Source of the DNA: an uncultured Lachnospiraceae bacterium
GTDB lineage: Bacteria > Bacillota > Clostridia > Lachnospirales > Lachnospiraceae
NCBI GenBank assembly: GCA_902796425.1
Contig: CADBPC010000091.1
Span: 82 to 64,081, forward strand
DNA length: 64,000 nucleotides
Direction of reading: 5' to 3'
The notes beneath the pieces are model-generated. The model made no database searches and was not told the DNA's origin. It saw only the letters and a program-made list of their open reading frames with translations. Position 1 is the stretch's first letter; each line of letters starts with the position of its first letter. The position numbers and the translations under genes were made by a program. Positions 37,510 through 46,658 of the stretch are shown piece by piece.

Positions 37510-37863
37510 TCATAATCTGTCACGCTCCTGTGACTTTTCTTCTGCTCTGCCTTCTGCCATAAAATCCTCAGAAAACATATCGATTGCGCGCATAAAGGAA
37601 TCCACCTGTATCACCCCGGCTTCCGTGAACTGCAGCACGCGGTCGCAGATTGAAAGTGCCGCGGGGCGGTGGGGCACGATGACCACTGTTTTGTCCGTCA
37701 GGCTGCGGATACTCTGCAGCAATTGTTTTTCCGTCTGCTCGTCCAGCGCGCTGGTGGCTTCGTCCAAAAGCAGAATGGGATTTGCAAAGCGATAGGTATT
37801 CGTCATTTTTGTACCTCGATATATCACATTTTCTGCCGCAGCCCGGTATTCCTCCTGTGTCAC
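37510..37863 (-). pseudogene. ABC exporter ATP-binding domain remnant (Walker B to C-terminus only)
   Basis: 117-aa ORF. ILLLDEATSALDEQTEKQLLQSIRSL...VIVPHRPAAL is Walker B/D-loop/H-loop. No TMD, Walker A or LSGGQ; the sequence jumps from ...EEYRAAAENV to the Walker B region. Confidence 0.6.
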
Positions 37864-38705
37864 GCTTTCTTCTCCCTGTCTTTTGCAGACTCCAGAACCC
37901 GGCTGACCTCTTCCGTGAATTTCTCCGGATAATCGCTGACCAGCATATGCGTGCTTTCGGAGAAACAGACTGCCCTGAAGGGCGATTTGACATGTTCCTT
38001 ATACCAGTCTGCAAGCTCCGGGGAAAAGAGCGAACCGGGATCCGCATAAAAATATGTGACCGGAACCGTGATCTGTTCCACAACGGGGCGGTTGTCCTGC
38101 ATTTTCATGGATGCCGCAAGGCTTCTCAGCGTAGGCTCGTCGCAGGCAGCCAGCTTCTGTTTCAGCGGCTTCCTTAAAAGAAATCCCGGGATCTTTTTCA
38201 GCCTCGGGATCGCCCCGATGGCAAATTCCTTATAAAGGGAACAGAAATCCTTCCCTGCATCCCGCTCCATATCCGCCTTCGTATATGCGCCCTTGTACAG
38301 GCCGAGCTTCCATTCATCGTCGTTCAGCTGCTTTGGCGTCATATCGCACAGGACGATCTGACTCAGACTCTCACACCCGTAAAGACGGACATAATTAAGA
38401 ACAGCCCCTGCACCCATGGACCAGCCAAGAAGAGTGACATTGGAAAGGGAAAGTCCCTGTATGATTTCATTCAGGTCTTCCGCCAGCGTTTCCATGGTGA
38501 CGCCCGGACGGTTTGCCTGCCTGCTCTGTCCGTGTCCGCGATGGTCATAGATAATGCACCTGGCCTGATGCTGCAGCATTTCCATCGGCTTCAGGTAAAT
38601 ATCATGGGAGCTTGTCCAGCCGTGCATCATGACCAGAGTCTGTTCTCCCTCTCCTCTGTCCTCATAATACAGTTTTTCCCCGCTCTTAAGTGTAAACCAG
38701 CTCAT
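37860..38705 (-). CDS. Alpha/beta-fold hydrolase
   Basis: 281 aa. HGWTSS oxyanion region, nucleophile elbow GWSMGA, C-terminal His (STHML). Confidence 0.85.
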   Translation of the reverse strand: MSWFTLKSGEKLYYEDRGEGEQTLVMMHGWTSSHDIYLKPMEMLQHQARCIIYDHRGHGQSRQANRPGVTMETLAEDLNEIIQGLSLSNVTLLGWSMGAGAVLNYVRLYGCESLSQIVLCDMTPKQLNDDEWKLGLYKGAYTKADMERDAGKDFCSLYKEFAIGAIPRLKKIPGFLLRKPLKQKLAACDEPTLRSLAASMKMQDNRPVVEQITVPVTYFYADPGSLFSPELADWYKEHVKSPFRAVCFSESTHMLVSDYPEKFTEEVSRVLESAKDREKKA

Positions 38706-38731
38706 ACATTTTCCCTCCGCTTCGTCAATCT

Positions 38732-39087
38732 TTACTGTCTAACTCTTTTCACAAGCCTTGCAGCCCTGCTTCTGATACTTTTCAAAAACACCCGCGCTCC
38801 GATGGTATGTAGAACAAAAAGGAATAGAGGCGATACCCCGCCTCCCGGGTGCTGTGCTGCCTTCCTTGGCGCACATAATCGTCTCTTCGCCTGTACAGCA
38901 CCACGTCGCCCTTTCTGCACCGCTCAGGGCCTTTTCTTTTCACTGTGAAAAGGTCCTTTCCCTGGCGCAGAAGCGGCATCATGCTGACCCCCACGTTGGT
39001 GTAGGTCAGCTCGCCCTCCCTTTTCAGGAACTCTTCAAAACTTATTTGGGGAATCTCCTCTTTGGTTATGTCTTTTTTCAGAAACAT
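38732..39087 (-). pseudogene. S24/S26-type peptidase-like gene, probably frameshifted/truncated
   Basis: ORF 38782-39087 begins with an S24/S26-like Ser block (NVGVSMMPLLRQGKDLFTV...GDVVLYRR), then degenerates. A second ORF in another frame (38732-38920) continues to 38732. No Lys/His general-base block seen. Confidence 0.4.
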
Positions 39088-39108
39088 ATCCGTTCTTACA
39101 TATAGGAC

Positions 39109-39621
39109 TTATACATAGGAAACAGTCTCTGACAGGTTCTTTCTGCAGTCATGGTTTTTAAGGGGACCCGCTCCCTCAGCCGCATATCCGAGATCCATGA
39201 TCATCACTATCTCCTCATTTTCCGGAAGGCCAAGTTTCTCCGCCAGCTGCTGTGGATCAAAGAAGTTGATCCAGCAGCTGTCAATGCCCTCGTCTGCCGC
39301 CGCCAGAATCATATGGGTTGCAACAATTGATGCATCCTCCGCGCCGGAATCTCTCTTTCCTCCCGGATAGGTGAAGACGGAATTGCTGTCATACGCCACC
39401 ACGAGGACTGTCGGAGCTCCGTAGCGGCACGGCGTGAGCTTATCGATCTTCGCAAGTCCTTCCTGCGACCGGACGACATATACATGCTGCTCCTGCTGGT
39501 TTTTTGCCGTCGGAGCAAGACGTCCCGCCTCGAGGATTGACTTCAGCTTTTCATCTTCTACCTGCCTGTCACTGAACTTCTTGCAGGAATACCTGCTGCG
39601 AATCACTTCTTTGAATTCCAT
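39109..39621 (-). CDS. Nitroreductase family protein
   Basis: 170 aa. RYSCKKFSDRQVEDEKLKSILEAGRLAPTAKNQQ is the classic nitroreductase N-terminal block. Confidence 0.85.
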   Translation of the reverse strand: MEFKEVIRSRYSCKKFSDRQVEDEKLKSILEAGRLAPTAKNQQEQHVYVVRSQEGLAKIDKLTPCRYGAPTVLVVAYDSNSVFTYPGGKRDSGAEDASIVATHMILAAADEGIDSCWINFFDPQQLAEKLGLPENEEIVMIMDLGYAAEGAGPLKNHDCRKNLSETVSYV

Positions 39622-39670
39622 TGTAAGTCTCCTTTCTTTGAGCAGATGTAAATATCATACCAGACCTTAC

Positions 39671-39699
39671 GAAAAAAAGGAGGAGCAAAGCTCCTCCTT
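39671..39699 (-). terminator. Rho-independent terminator ending the peptide ABC transporter operon
   Basis: Minus-strand RNA: AAGGAGGAGC-UUU-GCUCCUCCUU (plus arms 39677-39686 / 39690-39699) followed by a U-run (plus A-run 39672-39678). 34 nt after the SBP stop. Confidence 0.7.
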
Positions 39700-39732
39700 C
39701 CCAATACTGATTATGTGGCGTTAGTATCGGTA

Positions 39733-41364
39733 TTATTCAGCAACCTTCAGCTCATCCCAGAAGATAACACTGTTGACGTTAACCTTCAGGCCTTCGAGCT
39801 TGTTGGTTGTGCACCAGAACACGAATCTGTCGTTCATGAAGATAGCTGCAGGATCTTCGATGTACAGAATTTCTTCTGCGCGCTTGTAGAGATCCATACG
39901 CTTTGCTTCATCCATTTCCTTTGCAGCGTCTGCAAGGAGCTGGTCAACCTCGGCATTGGAATACCAGCCGTAGTTGTTATTGTTGTTGCCGTCGGGAGAT
40001 GTTGTCCAGACACGTCTCATCTCATCGGCATCACCGGCGCCGCCCCAGCCCATATAGAACAGAGCCCATTTGAAGTTATCGCCGGGGAAGGATCTGTTGC
40101 CCATGGAACCACGGAATGTAGCGGAGTCGACGGTATCAATCTCTGCTCTGATGCCAACCTCAGCCAGCATTGCCACGATCATCTCGCAGGCTTCCAGAGA
40201 CTTGTTATAACCGGAGTCCATGATAATGATATCAAATCCATCAGCATAACCGGCCTCGGCAAGGAGTTCCTTTGCCTTTTCCTGATCCTGCTTGATAACA
40301 CCAAGGTCATTGTAGCCGATAATCAGCGGGTGAACGGTGCATGTGCAGGCCTTCTCACCGATATCACTGTACAGTGTGTCAACGATCAGCTGACGGTCAA
40401 TAGCAAGGCTGACAGCCTGACGGACTCTGGGATCAGCCATGTACTCGTTTGCGCAGTTGAACTGCAGGCCCTGTGTGCCGATGGAATCAAACTTCCAGAC
40501 AACAAGATCAGGATTTGCTTCTACTGTTGCAAGATCAGAAGTACCGACAGAAGTCATATCGACAGCACCGGACTCAAGAGCCACCAGACGGGCGTTTGCA
40601 TCCTTAATGATGTTGATATCGATGGTCTTTGTCGGAACGGGTCCGCGGAAGTAATCATCGAATCTTTCGAATACCATTTCCTGATCCATATCCCACTTGG
40701 CAAGCTTGTAGGGGCCTGTTCCGTCTGTGGTCTCAACGGAGGTTCCAAGATCAGCGCCGTACTTCTCGATGTAGTCGGCATTCAGGATCAGATGTGCACG
40801 ATGGCAGAGGTTGGTCAGCATCGGTGCGATCGGTGTAGGTGTTGTCAGCTCGACAGTATAGTCGTCAACAACATTACAGCCGGTGATATAACCGGAAACT
40901 GTAGAAGAATAGCGCTGTTCGCCGCCAAGAAGTCTGTCATAACTTGCCTTGACGTCAGCAGCGGTCAGTTCCTTGCCGCTCTGGAATTTTACGCCATGTC
41001 TAAGGTGGAATGTCCATGTAAGGCTGTCCTCAGAAACTTCCCAGCTCTCGGCAAGGTCGCCTTCGATCTTGTTGTCGGCGCCCTTACGGACAAGCTGAGA
41101 ATACACAGCACGGAGCATGACATCATTGGTATTATTGTTATGGCCATCCATAATATTCTGGTCATTGGCAGTACCGATGATGATCGTATCCTTATAGCTG
41201 ACATCTTCAGCTGCCTCGGCTTCGACAGTTTCACCTGCAGCCTCAGCGACAGCCGGTGCGCTTTCTGTTCCGGATGCAGCAGGAGCAGCGGGTGCAACCG
41301 CACAGGCGCCGAGCACACCTACGGTCATTGCTGCTGTAAGCAATAGCACTAACAATTTCTTCAT
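39733..41364 (-). CDS. ABC transporter substrate-binding protein, family 5 (oligopeptide/dipeptide/nickel type) lipoprotein
   Basis: 543 aa. Lipobox LGACA; SBP-5 flavour throughout (e.g. LAESWEVSEDSLTWTFHLRHGVKFQSGKELTAADV). Confidence 0.9.
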   Translation of the reverse strand: MKKLLVLLLTAAMTVGVLGACAVAPAAPAASGTESAPAVAEAAGETVEAEAAEDVSYKDTIIIGTANDQNIMDGHNNNTNDVMLRAVYSQLVRKGADNKIEGDLAESWEVSEDSLTWTFHLRHGVKFQSGKELTAADVKASYDRLLGGEQRYSSTVSGYITGCNVVDDYTVELTTPTPIAPMLTNLCHRAHLILNADYIEKYGADLGTSVETTDGTGPYKLAKWDMDQEMVFERFDDYFRGPVPTKTIDINIIKDANARLVALESGAVDMTSVGTSDLATVEANPDLVVWKFDSIGTQGLQFNCANEYMADPRVRQAVSLAIDRQLIVDTLYSDIGEKACTCTVHPLIIGYNDLGVIKQDQEKAKELLAEAGYADGFDIIIMDSGYNKSLEACEMIVAMLAEVGIRAEIDTVDSATFRGSMGNRSFPGDNFKWALFYMGWGGAGDADEMRRVWTTSPDGNNNNNYGWYSNAEVDQLLADAAKEMDEAKRMDLYKRAEEILYIEDPAAIFMNDRFVFWCTTNKLEGLKVNVNSVIFWDELKVAE

Positions 41365-41382
41365 GTTCGGTTTCTCCCTTCT

Positions 41383-42378
41383 TTAGAGGTTTATATTATC
41401 CGCAGGATTATTTGCTACAAGGTGACACGCCACAAAATGCCCCTTTTCTGTTTCCTGCATAACAGGCTTAACCTTTGCGCACTGCTCTGTCGCATACGGA
41501 CATCTGGTGTGGAAGCAGCATCCGGTCGGCGGATTCATCGGGCTTGGAACATCGCCCTGGATTTCTCCCGTCATGGAGCCGATCTCCGGATCCGGTACAG
41601 GGATTGCTTCCAGCAGTGCTTTTGTATATGGATGAAGCGGATTATCGAACAGTCTGTCCTTATCCGCCATCTCCACGATGTTTCCGAGATACATCACCAC
41701 GACTCTGTCGCAGAGATGATGTACAACACTTAGGTTATGTGAGATAAAAATATACGTCAGGTCATGCTTGTCCTTGAGGCTCTGCATCAGGTTAAGTATC
41801 TGAGCCTGAATGGAGACGTCCAGGGCGGATACCGGTTCATCGCAGATGATCAGCTCCGGATCCAGGGCAAGAGCTCTTGCTATTCCGATTCTCTGCCTCT
41901 GTCCTCCTGAAAACTCATGAGGATATCTGGTAATCTGATCCTCGTTAAAACCGACCTCCTTCATGAGTTCAAGAACCTTCTGGTTCCGTTCAGCGACAGT
42001 TCCGACGCCCTGTACATCCAGAGGCTCCCTGATGCACTTACCTACAGTAAACCGGGGATCCAGCGAGGAATAGGGATCCTGAAAGATGATCTGGATCTTT
42101 TTAGCCTGCTCCTTACTTCTTCTCTTCTTTCCGGCGAATATCGATTTCCCTTCAAAAAGGACATCACCGGAATATGGCTCTACAAGCCCTACGATGCAGT
42201 GTCCCGTCGTTGATTTTCCGCATCCGGACTCGCCGACGATGCCCAGTGCTTCTTTTCTGTGCACTTCAAACGAAATCCCGTCGACAGCCTTGACGTATCT
42301 CTTCTTACCGGTAAATGAGCCGCCCTTTACGGGGTAGTATACTTTTAAATCCTTAACTTCCAGCAATGCATCGCTCAT
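41383..42378 (-). CDS. Peptide ABC transporter ATP-binding protein (OppF/DppF-like)
   Basis: ORF 41383-42396 trimmed to ATG 42378 (AAGGAG 6 nt upstream). Walker A GESGCGKST, signature FSGGQRQR, Walker B LIICDEPVSALD, C-terminal oligopeptide-type Cys motif. Confidence 0.9.
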   Translation of the reverse strand: MSDALLEVKDLKVYYPVKGGSFTGKKRYVKAVDGISFEVHRKEALGIVGESGCGKSTTGHCIVGLVEPYSGDVLFEGKSIFAGKKRRSKEQAKKIQIIFQDPYSSLDPRFTVGKCIREPLDVQGVGTVAERNQKVLELMKEVGFNEDQITRYPHEFSGGQRQRIGIARALALDPELIICDEPVSALDVSIQAQILNLMQSLKDKHDLTYIFISHNLSVVHHLCDRVVVMYLGNIVEMADKDRLFDNPLHPYTKALLEAIPVPDPEIGSMTGEIQGDVPSPMNPPTGCCFHTRCPYATEQCAKVKPVMQETEKGHFVACHLVANNPADNINL

Positions 42379-42388
42379 CGTCGACTCC

Positions 42389-43351
42389 TTACTCATATTT
42401 CCAGCAGCGGACCTTTCTTCCGTCCGGCATCGTCTTTAACGGGGGCATCTGGCTGCGGCATTTGTCGCAGGCTTCCTCGCACCTGAGTGAGAAGCGGCAT
42501 CCGGCAGGATATTCCTTTGGACTGGGAATGGAGCCTTTGATGCTGTAAAGCTCATCTCGTTTGTCGTGAATAGAGGGTATGGACTTCAAAAGTCCCAGCG
42601 TATACGGATGCAGCGGATTCGCGAAAATCTGCTTTACGCCCGCATACTCAACCGCCTGTCCGGCATACATTACAAGAACATTCTGTGCGATCTGCGCGAC
42701 GACGCCCATATCATGAGTAATCAGGATAATAGACATCTGGTTGCCTTCCTTCAGTTCCTGAAGAAGGTGGATAATCTGGGCCTGAATAGTAACATCAAGC
42801 GCAGTTGTGGGTTCGTCCGCGATCAGGATATTCGGGTTGCAGGCCAGCGCCATGGCGATCATGGCTCTCTGACGCATACCGCCGGAAAGCTGATGAGGAT
42901 ACTCGTCAATCACCTGCTCTGCAGAGGGAATCCTGACTCGTTTAAGCATCTCCAGTGCTCTGTCCCTTGCCTCTTTCTTGCTCATCTTCTGATGGAGACG
43001 CAGGATATCACAGATCTGCTTTCCTATTGTGAATACCGGGTTCAGCGAAGTAAGCGGCTCCTGGAAAATCATGGAGATCTCATTTCCCCTGATCTTCTGC
43101 ATCTCTTTTTCAGTTTTTTTCAGAAGATCTTCACCCTGATATACTATTTCGCCGGACTCAATTTTGCCCGGAGGCGTCGGCACGATCTGCAGTATTGAGA
43201 GTGATGTCACACTTTTGCCGCAGCCGGATTCTCCGACGATCGCCAGGGTTTCCCCCTTCTCCAGTTCGAAGTCCAGGCCGTCTACTGCAGGAACAATGCC
43301 CTCTTCCGTATAGAAATATGTTTTAAGATCCTTTACCTGTAAGACTGACAT
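42389..43351 (-). CDS. Peptide ABC transporter ATP-binding protein (OppD/DppD-like)
   Basis: 320 aa. Walker A GESGCGKSV, signature LSGGMRQR, Walker B ILIADEPTTALD. Confidence 0.9.
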   Translation of the reverse strand: MSVLQVKDLKTYFYTEEGIVPAVDGLDFELEKGETLAIVGESGCGKSVTSLSILQIVPTPPGKIESGEIVYQGEDLLKKTEKEMQKIRGNEISMIFQEPLTSLNPVFTIGKQICDILRLHQKMSKKEARDRALEMLKRVRIPSAEQVIDEYPHQLSGGMRQRAMIAMALACNPNILIADEPTTALDVTIQAQIIHLLQELKEGNQMSIILITHDMGVVAQIAQNVLVMYAGQAVEYAGVKQIFANPLHPYTLGLLKSIPSIHDKRDELYSIKGSIPSPKEYPAGCRFSLRCEEACDKCRSQMPPLKTMPDGRKVRCWKYE

Positions 43352-43361
43352 GCTACCCTCC

Positions 43362-44204
43362 CTATGACGCGTTCTTCAATCTCGGATCCAGCGCATCGCG
43401 CAGTCCGTCACCGACCAAAGAAAAGCTCATAACGACCAGTGTAATGGTCAGCCCGGGGAATATTGCCTCCCATGGATTTGTACGCAAAACATCCTTCGCC
43501 TTGTTGAGCATTGCTCCCCATTCCGGGTTCGGTGCCTGTACGCCCAGACCCAGGAAGGAAAGAGAGGATGATGTCAGGATTGCCGTGCCCAGATTCAATG
43601 TAATATTGACAATGATCTGGGAGATGGCATTGGGGATGACATGCTTTCGGATAATGTTCCAGCTTGACTCCCCCATAACCTTTGCCGCGCCGACATACTG
43701 CGAATCGCGGAGCGTTATGACGACGCCCCTGACCATACGTGCAATGGAAGGAATCGCAAATACCGCGATTGCGATAATCGTGTTCTTTGTTCCGCTTCCG
43801 AGGATTGCCACGATAACCATGGCGAGAAGAAGTCCCGGGAAAGCCAGCAGCACGTCAATAACTCTGGAAATAACCGAATCCACCCAGCCGCCGAAGTAGC
43901 CTGCCGCAACGCCCAGTAGAATTCCGATGATGCCGCCGGACAGAACGCCCGTAAAGCTAATAAACAGAGAAATCCTTGAACCATACACGATTCTCGTAAG
44001 TGTGTCTCTTCCGAGATAGTCAGTGCCGAACAGATGCTGTGCGGACGGTCCCTGATGAAGCGCTGCAGAGTCGAACACATAGGGATCATATTTGCAGAGA
44101 AAAGGTCCGATGATCGCGATAACAAAAAAGCTCAGAAGAATAAAAAGAGCGACCACAGAGGCTTTCCGCTTAAAAAAACGTCTGATGATTGACTGATCTA
44201 TCAT
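43362..44204 (-). CDS. Peptide ABC transporter permease (OppC/DppC-like)
   Basis: 280 aa, 6 TM; N-terminal HLFGTDYLGRD motif and EAA-type loop are typical. Confidence 0.9.
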   Translation of the reverse strand: MIDQSIIRRFFKRKASVVALFILLSFFVIAIIGPFLCKYDPYVFDSAALHQGPSAQHLFGTDYLGRDTLTRIVYGSRISLFISFTGVLSGGIIGILLGVAAGYFGGWVDSVISRVIDVLLAFPGLLLAMVIVAILGSGTKNTIIAIAVFAIPSIARMVRGVVITLRDSQYVGAAKVMGESSWNIIRKHVIPNAISQIIVNITLNLGTAILTSSSLSFLGLGVQAPNPEWGAMLNKAKDVLRTNPWEAIFPGLTITLVVMSFSLVGDGLRDALDPRLKNAS

Positions 44205-44216
44205 ATGTCACTCCTC

Positions 44217-45149
44217 TTATTTATACTTGACCCGGGGATCAACCAGACCGTAAATGATGTCAACTACCGTATTAACTACTACAAAGGAAAATGCCAGAAC
44301 CAGTACCGTGCTCTGAATAGCCGGATAATCCCGCCTCGAGACACTGTCGACAAGAAAGCTTCCTATGCCGTTGATCGTAAATATGGTCTCCACCATGGTG
44401 GCGCCTGCCAAAAGTCCGCCGAAGCGAAGTCCGATCGCGGTAAGTACCGGGATCAGCGCGTTCTTGAAGGCATAAGACATAATGAGCTTTGTCCTGGGGA
44501 CTCCGTATGCCTTGGCTGTCCTGATATAATCCTGTCCCATGACATCCAGCATCGAGGATCTCGTGGTCCTTGCGATCATACCGACTGCTCCGAGTCCCAG
44601 CGTCGTTATCGGCAAAACCGCTGCCTTCCAGGATCCGAGTCCCAGGCTCGGGAACACCTTCAGGTGGATGCAGAAATAAAGCATCAGGAGCATTGCGAGG
44701 AAGAACGAGGGCGTCGAAACAGCGATCATGGAAATGACCATTACCGCGTTGTCCCCGAATTTATTGTGGTGAACCGCCGCAATAACGCCGAATATAACGC
44801 CGATAATCGATCCGACCACGGTTCCCCAGACGGCCAGGGTGATCGTATAGGGATAACGGTTGGTCAGCTCCGTCATGATGGTTTTCTTCGTGACAAGCGA
44901 TGTGCCGAGATCCCCCTTCATGATCCCCATGATCCAGTGAATATACTGGATCGGAAGCGGGTCATTGAGCCCATACTGATCCTTGAGCTGCATGATGTAT
45001 TCCTGACTCGCGCCGCCGTCCTCAGACACTCCGTACAGAAGTGTAATCGGATCGCCGGGGATAATCCGAACCATCAAAAATACAACAATTGACACCAGAA
45101 TCAGTGTCGGTATCAACTGCAATATTCTTTTTCCGATATATCGTAACAT
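44217..45149 (-). CDS. Peptide ABC transporter permease (OppB/DppB-like)
   Basis: ORF 44217-45188 trimmed to ATG 45149 (MLRYIGKRILQLIPTLILVSIVVF, the canonical OppB/DppB N-terminus). Confidence 0.9.
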   Translation of the reverse strand: MLRYIGKRILQLIPTLILVSIVVFLMVRIIPGDPITLLYGVSEDGGASQEYIMQLKDQYGLNDPLPIQYIHWIMGIMKGDLGTSLVTKKTIMTELTNRYPYTITLAVWGTVVGSIIGVIFGVIAAVHHNKFGDNAVMVISMIAVSTPSFFLAMLLMLYFCIHLKVFPSLGLGSWKAAVLPITTLGLGAVGMIARTTRSSMLDVMGQDYIRTAKAYGVPRTKLIMSYAFKNALIPVLTAIGLRFGGLLAGATMVETIFTINGIGSFLVDSVSRRDYPAIQSTVLVLAFSFVVVNTVVDIIYGLVDPRVKYK

Positions 45150-45230
45150 TTTGATCCTTTTACCTGTCGGGTGCAGCCTGTAAATCAATCGGCTGCCGGG
45201 CCGAACTGCTCTTTATCTTTCCACTGACTG

Positions 45231-45262
45231 AAAAACCGGACCGGCCATGAAGACCGATCCGG
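45231..45262 (-). terminator. Rho-independent terminator between the RidA gene and the ABC permease gene
   Basis: Minus-strand RNA: CCGGAUCGG-loop-CCGGUCCGG (9 bp incl. one G-U; plus arms 45236-45244 / 45254-45262) followed by UUUUU (plus 45231-45235). Confidence 0.55.
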
Positions 45263-45278
45263 CAAATATCAAGATAAA

Positions 45279-45629
45279 TCAGTCTTTTTCAGCAGCAATT
45301 ACGCTCATTTCGAAGAAATAGCCTTCGGGTATCTTTGCCTCAACGCAGACCCTTGCAGGCGCCTTCCCCGGGACGATCCACTGGTTGTAAACTTCATTCA
45401 GTCCGGCGACCAGATTGATGTCCGAAATGTAGATGGTTACAGAGATCAGGTGCTCCTTATCCGTACCGTACTGCTCAAACAGTTCTTCATATCTGGCAAG
45501 AAGATTCTTTGCCTGTTCCTGGATCGTAGCACCCTTCTTCCCGTCCACATGTCCGCAGAAATAAAGAATTCCGTTACACTTTGCTACGCGGGAAAAGGTA
45601 GCTCCGCTCTCAAAATACTCAACCTTCAT
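45279..45629 (-). CDS. RidA/YjgF family reactive-intermediate deaminase
   Basis: ORF 45279-45638 (GTG); ATG at 45629 preferred. ...TIQEQAKNLLARYEELF...ISVTIYISDI...YNQWI...APARVCVEAKIPEGYFFEMSVIA fits the YjgF fold pattern. Confidence 0.8.
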   Translation of the reverse strand: MKVEYFESGATFSRVAKCNGILYFCGHVDGKKGATIQEQAKNLLARYEELFEQYGTDKEHLISVTIYISDINLVAGLNEVYNQWIVPGKAPARVCVEAKIPEGYFFEMSVIAAEKD

Positions 45630-46461
45630 AAGGCACACCTACTTCGATTCCGAGCTTCTTGCAGATCGGGATGGACTTCGTGTAACCGAACGCTCCCTTA
45701 TAGGCAACCGTCTGCAGCTTTTCAATAGCCTCTCTAGCCTTCTGCTCGTCGCCGTGAAGCGTCCAGTAGCAGTACAGACCGTACAGCATTCCGTTAAGCT
45801 CAAGCTCTACGCGATGATCTCTGGGAAGAACCACTTCCTTCATTCCCTCGATATCAATGAACTCTTCCGGCTTTACAATGCCCTTGTAAAGTCTTACGGA
45901 ACGCGCATAGCCGTAATCCATGCGGGGCTCCTTGACTGTTGCGTCGATCTTGTTCAGGATCGCTTCCGCTTCGTCAAACTTGCCGAGCTGGACATTGGTC
46001 GTATAAATCCAGTGAACCAGCGGATAATGCTCTTCCGGAGCCGAATACTTCATGCACTGTGTGAAATCATAGACGGACTCTTCAAGATCATTGTGAAGGT
46101 TCTCTGCAGTTGCCCTGTAATACCAGTATGTCCAGTTGGAATAGTCGAGCTGGATGCAGGTTGTGAAGTCTGCCATTGCGCACCAGTAGCGGTCAGTAGC
46201 GGTATACTTTCTGCCGCGTCCAAAATAGTTCGGAGCATAGAACGGAGCGCATGCAATTCCGTGGGAATATGCCTCGATAGACTCATCGTAACGCTTCTTA
46301 AGGCCGAGGGCGGTCGCATACACATACCATGCTTCCGGATCTGTCTCGTCCTTTGCAAGAGCAGCCTCGCCTTCCTCAATCGTCGGCTGCATCATAAGGA
46401 TGTGGCGCATCTTCTGGTTCTTCTCTTCGTTATAAACAAACTTCATTGCATCTGCCTCCAT
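45619..46461 (-). CDS. TPR-like repeat hypothetical protein
   Basis: 280 aa. TPR-like helices (PEAWYVYATALGLKKRYDESIEAYSHGIACAP; RYWCAMADFTTCIQLD). Alternative ATG at 46446. Confidence 0.55.
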   Translation of the reverse strand: MEADAMKFVYNEEKNQKMRHILMMQPTIEEGEAALAKDETDPEAWYVYATALGLKKRYDESIEAYSHGIACAPFYAPNYFGRGRKYTATDRYWCAMADFTTCIQLDYSNWTYWYYRATAENLHNDLEESVYDFTQCMKYSAPEEHYPLVHWIYTTNVQLGKFDEAEAILNKIDATVKEPRMDYGYARSVRLYKGIVKPEEFIDIEGMKEVVLPRDHRVELELNGMLYGLYCYWTLHGDEQKAREAIEKLQTVAYKGAFGYTKSIPICKKLGIEVGVPYEG

Positions 46462-46658
46462 TTTCTTGTTTAGTTCCTCTACTAAATGTGCATCATTTGT
46501 ATAAGGAATGATTTAACTAATAATACCAGATTTTAGTTTAGTGCGGTAACTCAATAACGTACAAAATTGCTGTCTGCGCAGAGCATACAATTTGTGCATA
46601 TTTTACAATTGTCCTTTGCTAACAGGTCCTTTTTTATGTTTATTGATAGCATCAATGG

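Noticed and set aside
39715-41346. A 543-aa plus-strand ORF that mirrors almost exactly the 543-aa minus-strand SBP gene (39733-41364).
   Set aside because: The minus-strand product is an unmistakable family 5 solute-binding lipoprotein sitting in an ABC operon. The plus-strand product is Cys/His/Val-rich nonsense with no SD or family resemblance. Long stop-free antisense frames are a known by-product of GC-rich codon usage. Ribo-seq would be needed to revive it.
44205-45092. 295-aa plus-strand ORF antisense to the OppB-like permease gene. Similar shadow ORFs occur at 4662-5621 (carB), 12274-13176 (transglutaminase-like), 17079-17936 (hybrid kinase) and 29258-30169 (FMN dehydrogenase).
   Set aside because: Each lies antisense to a gene with strong family motifs and has a biased, Arg/His/Cys-rich composition typical of shadow frames.
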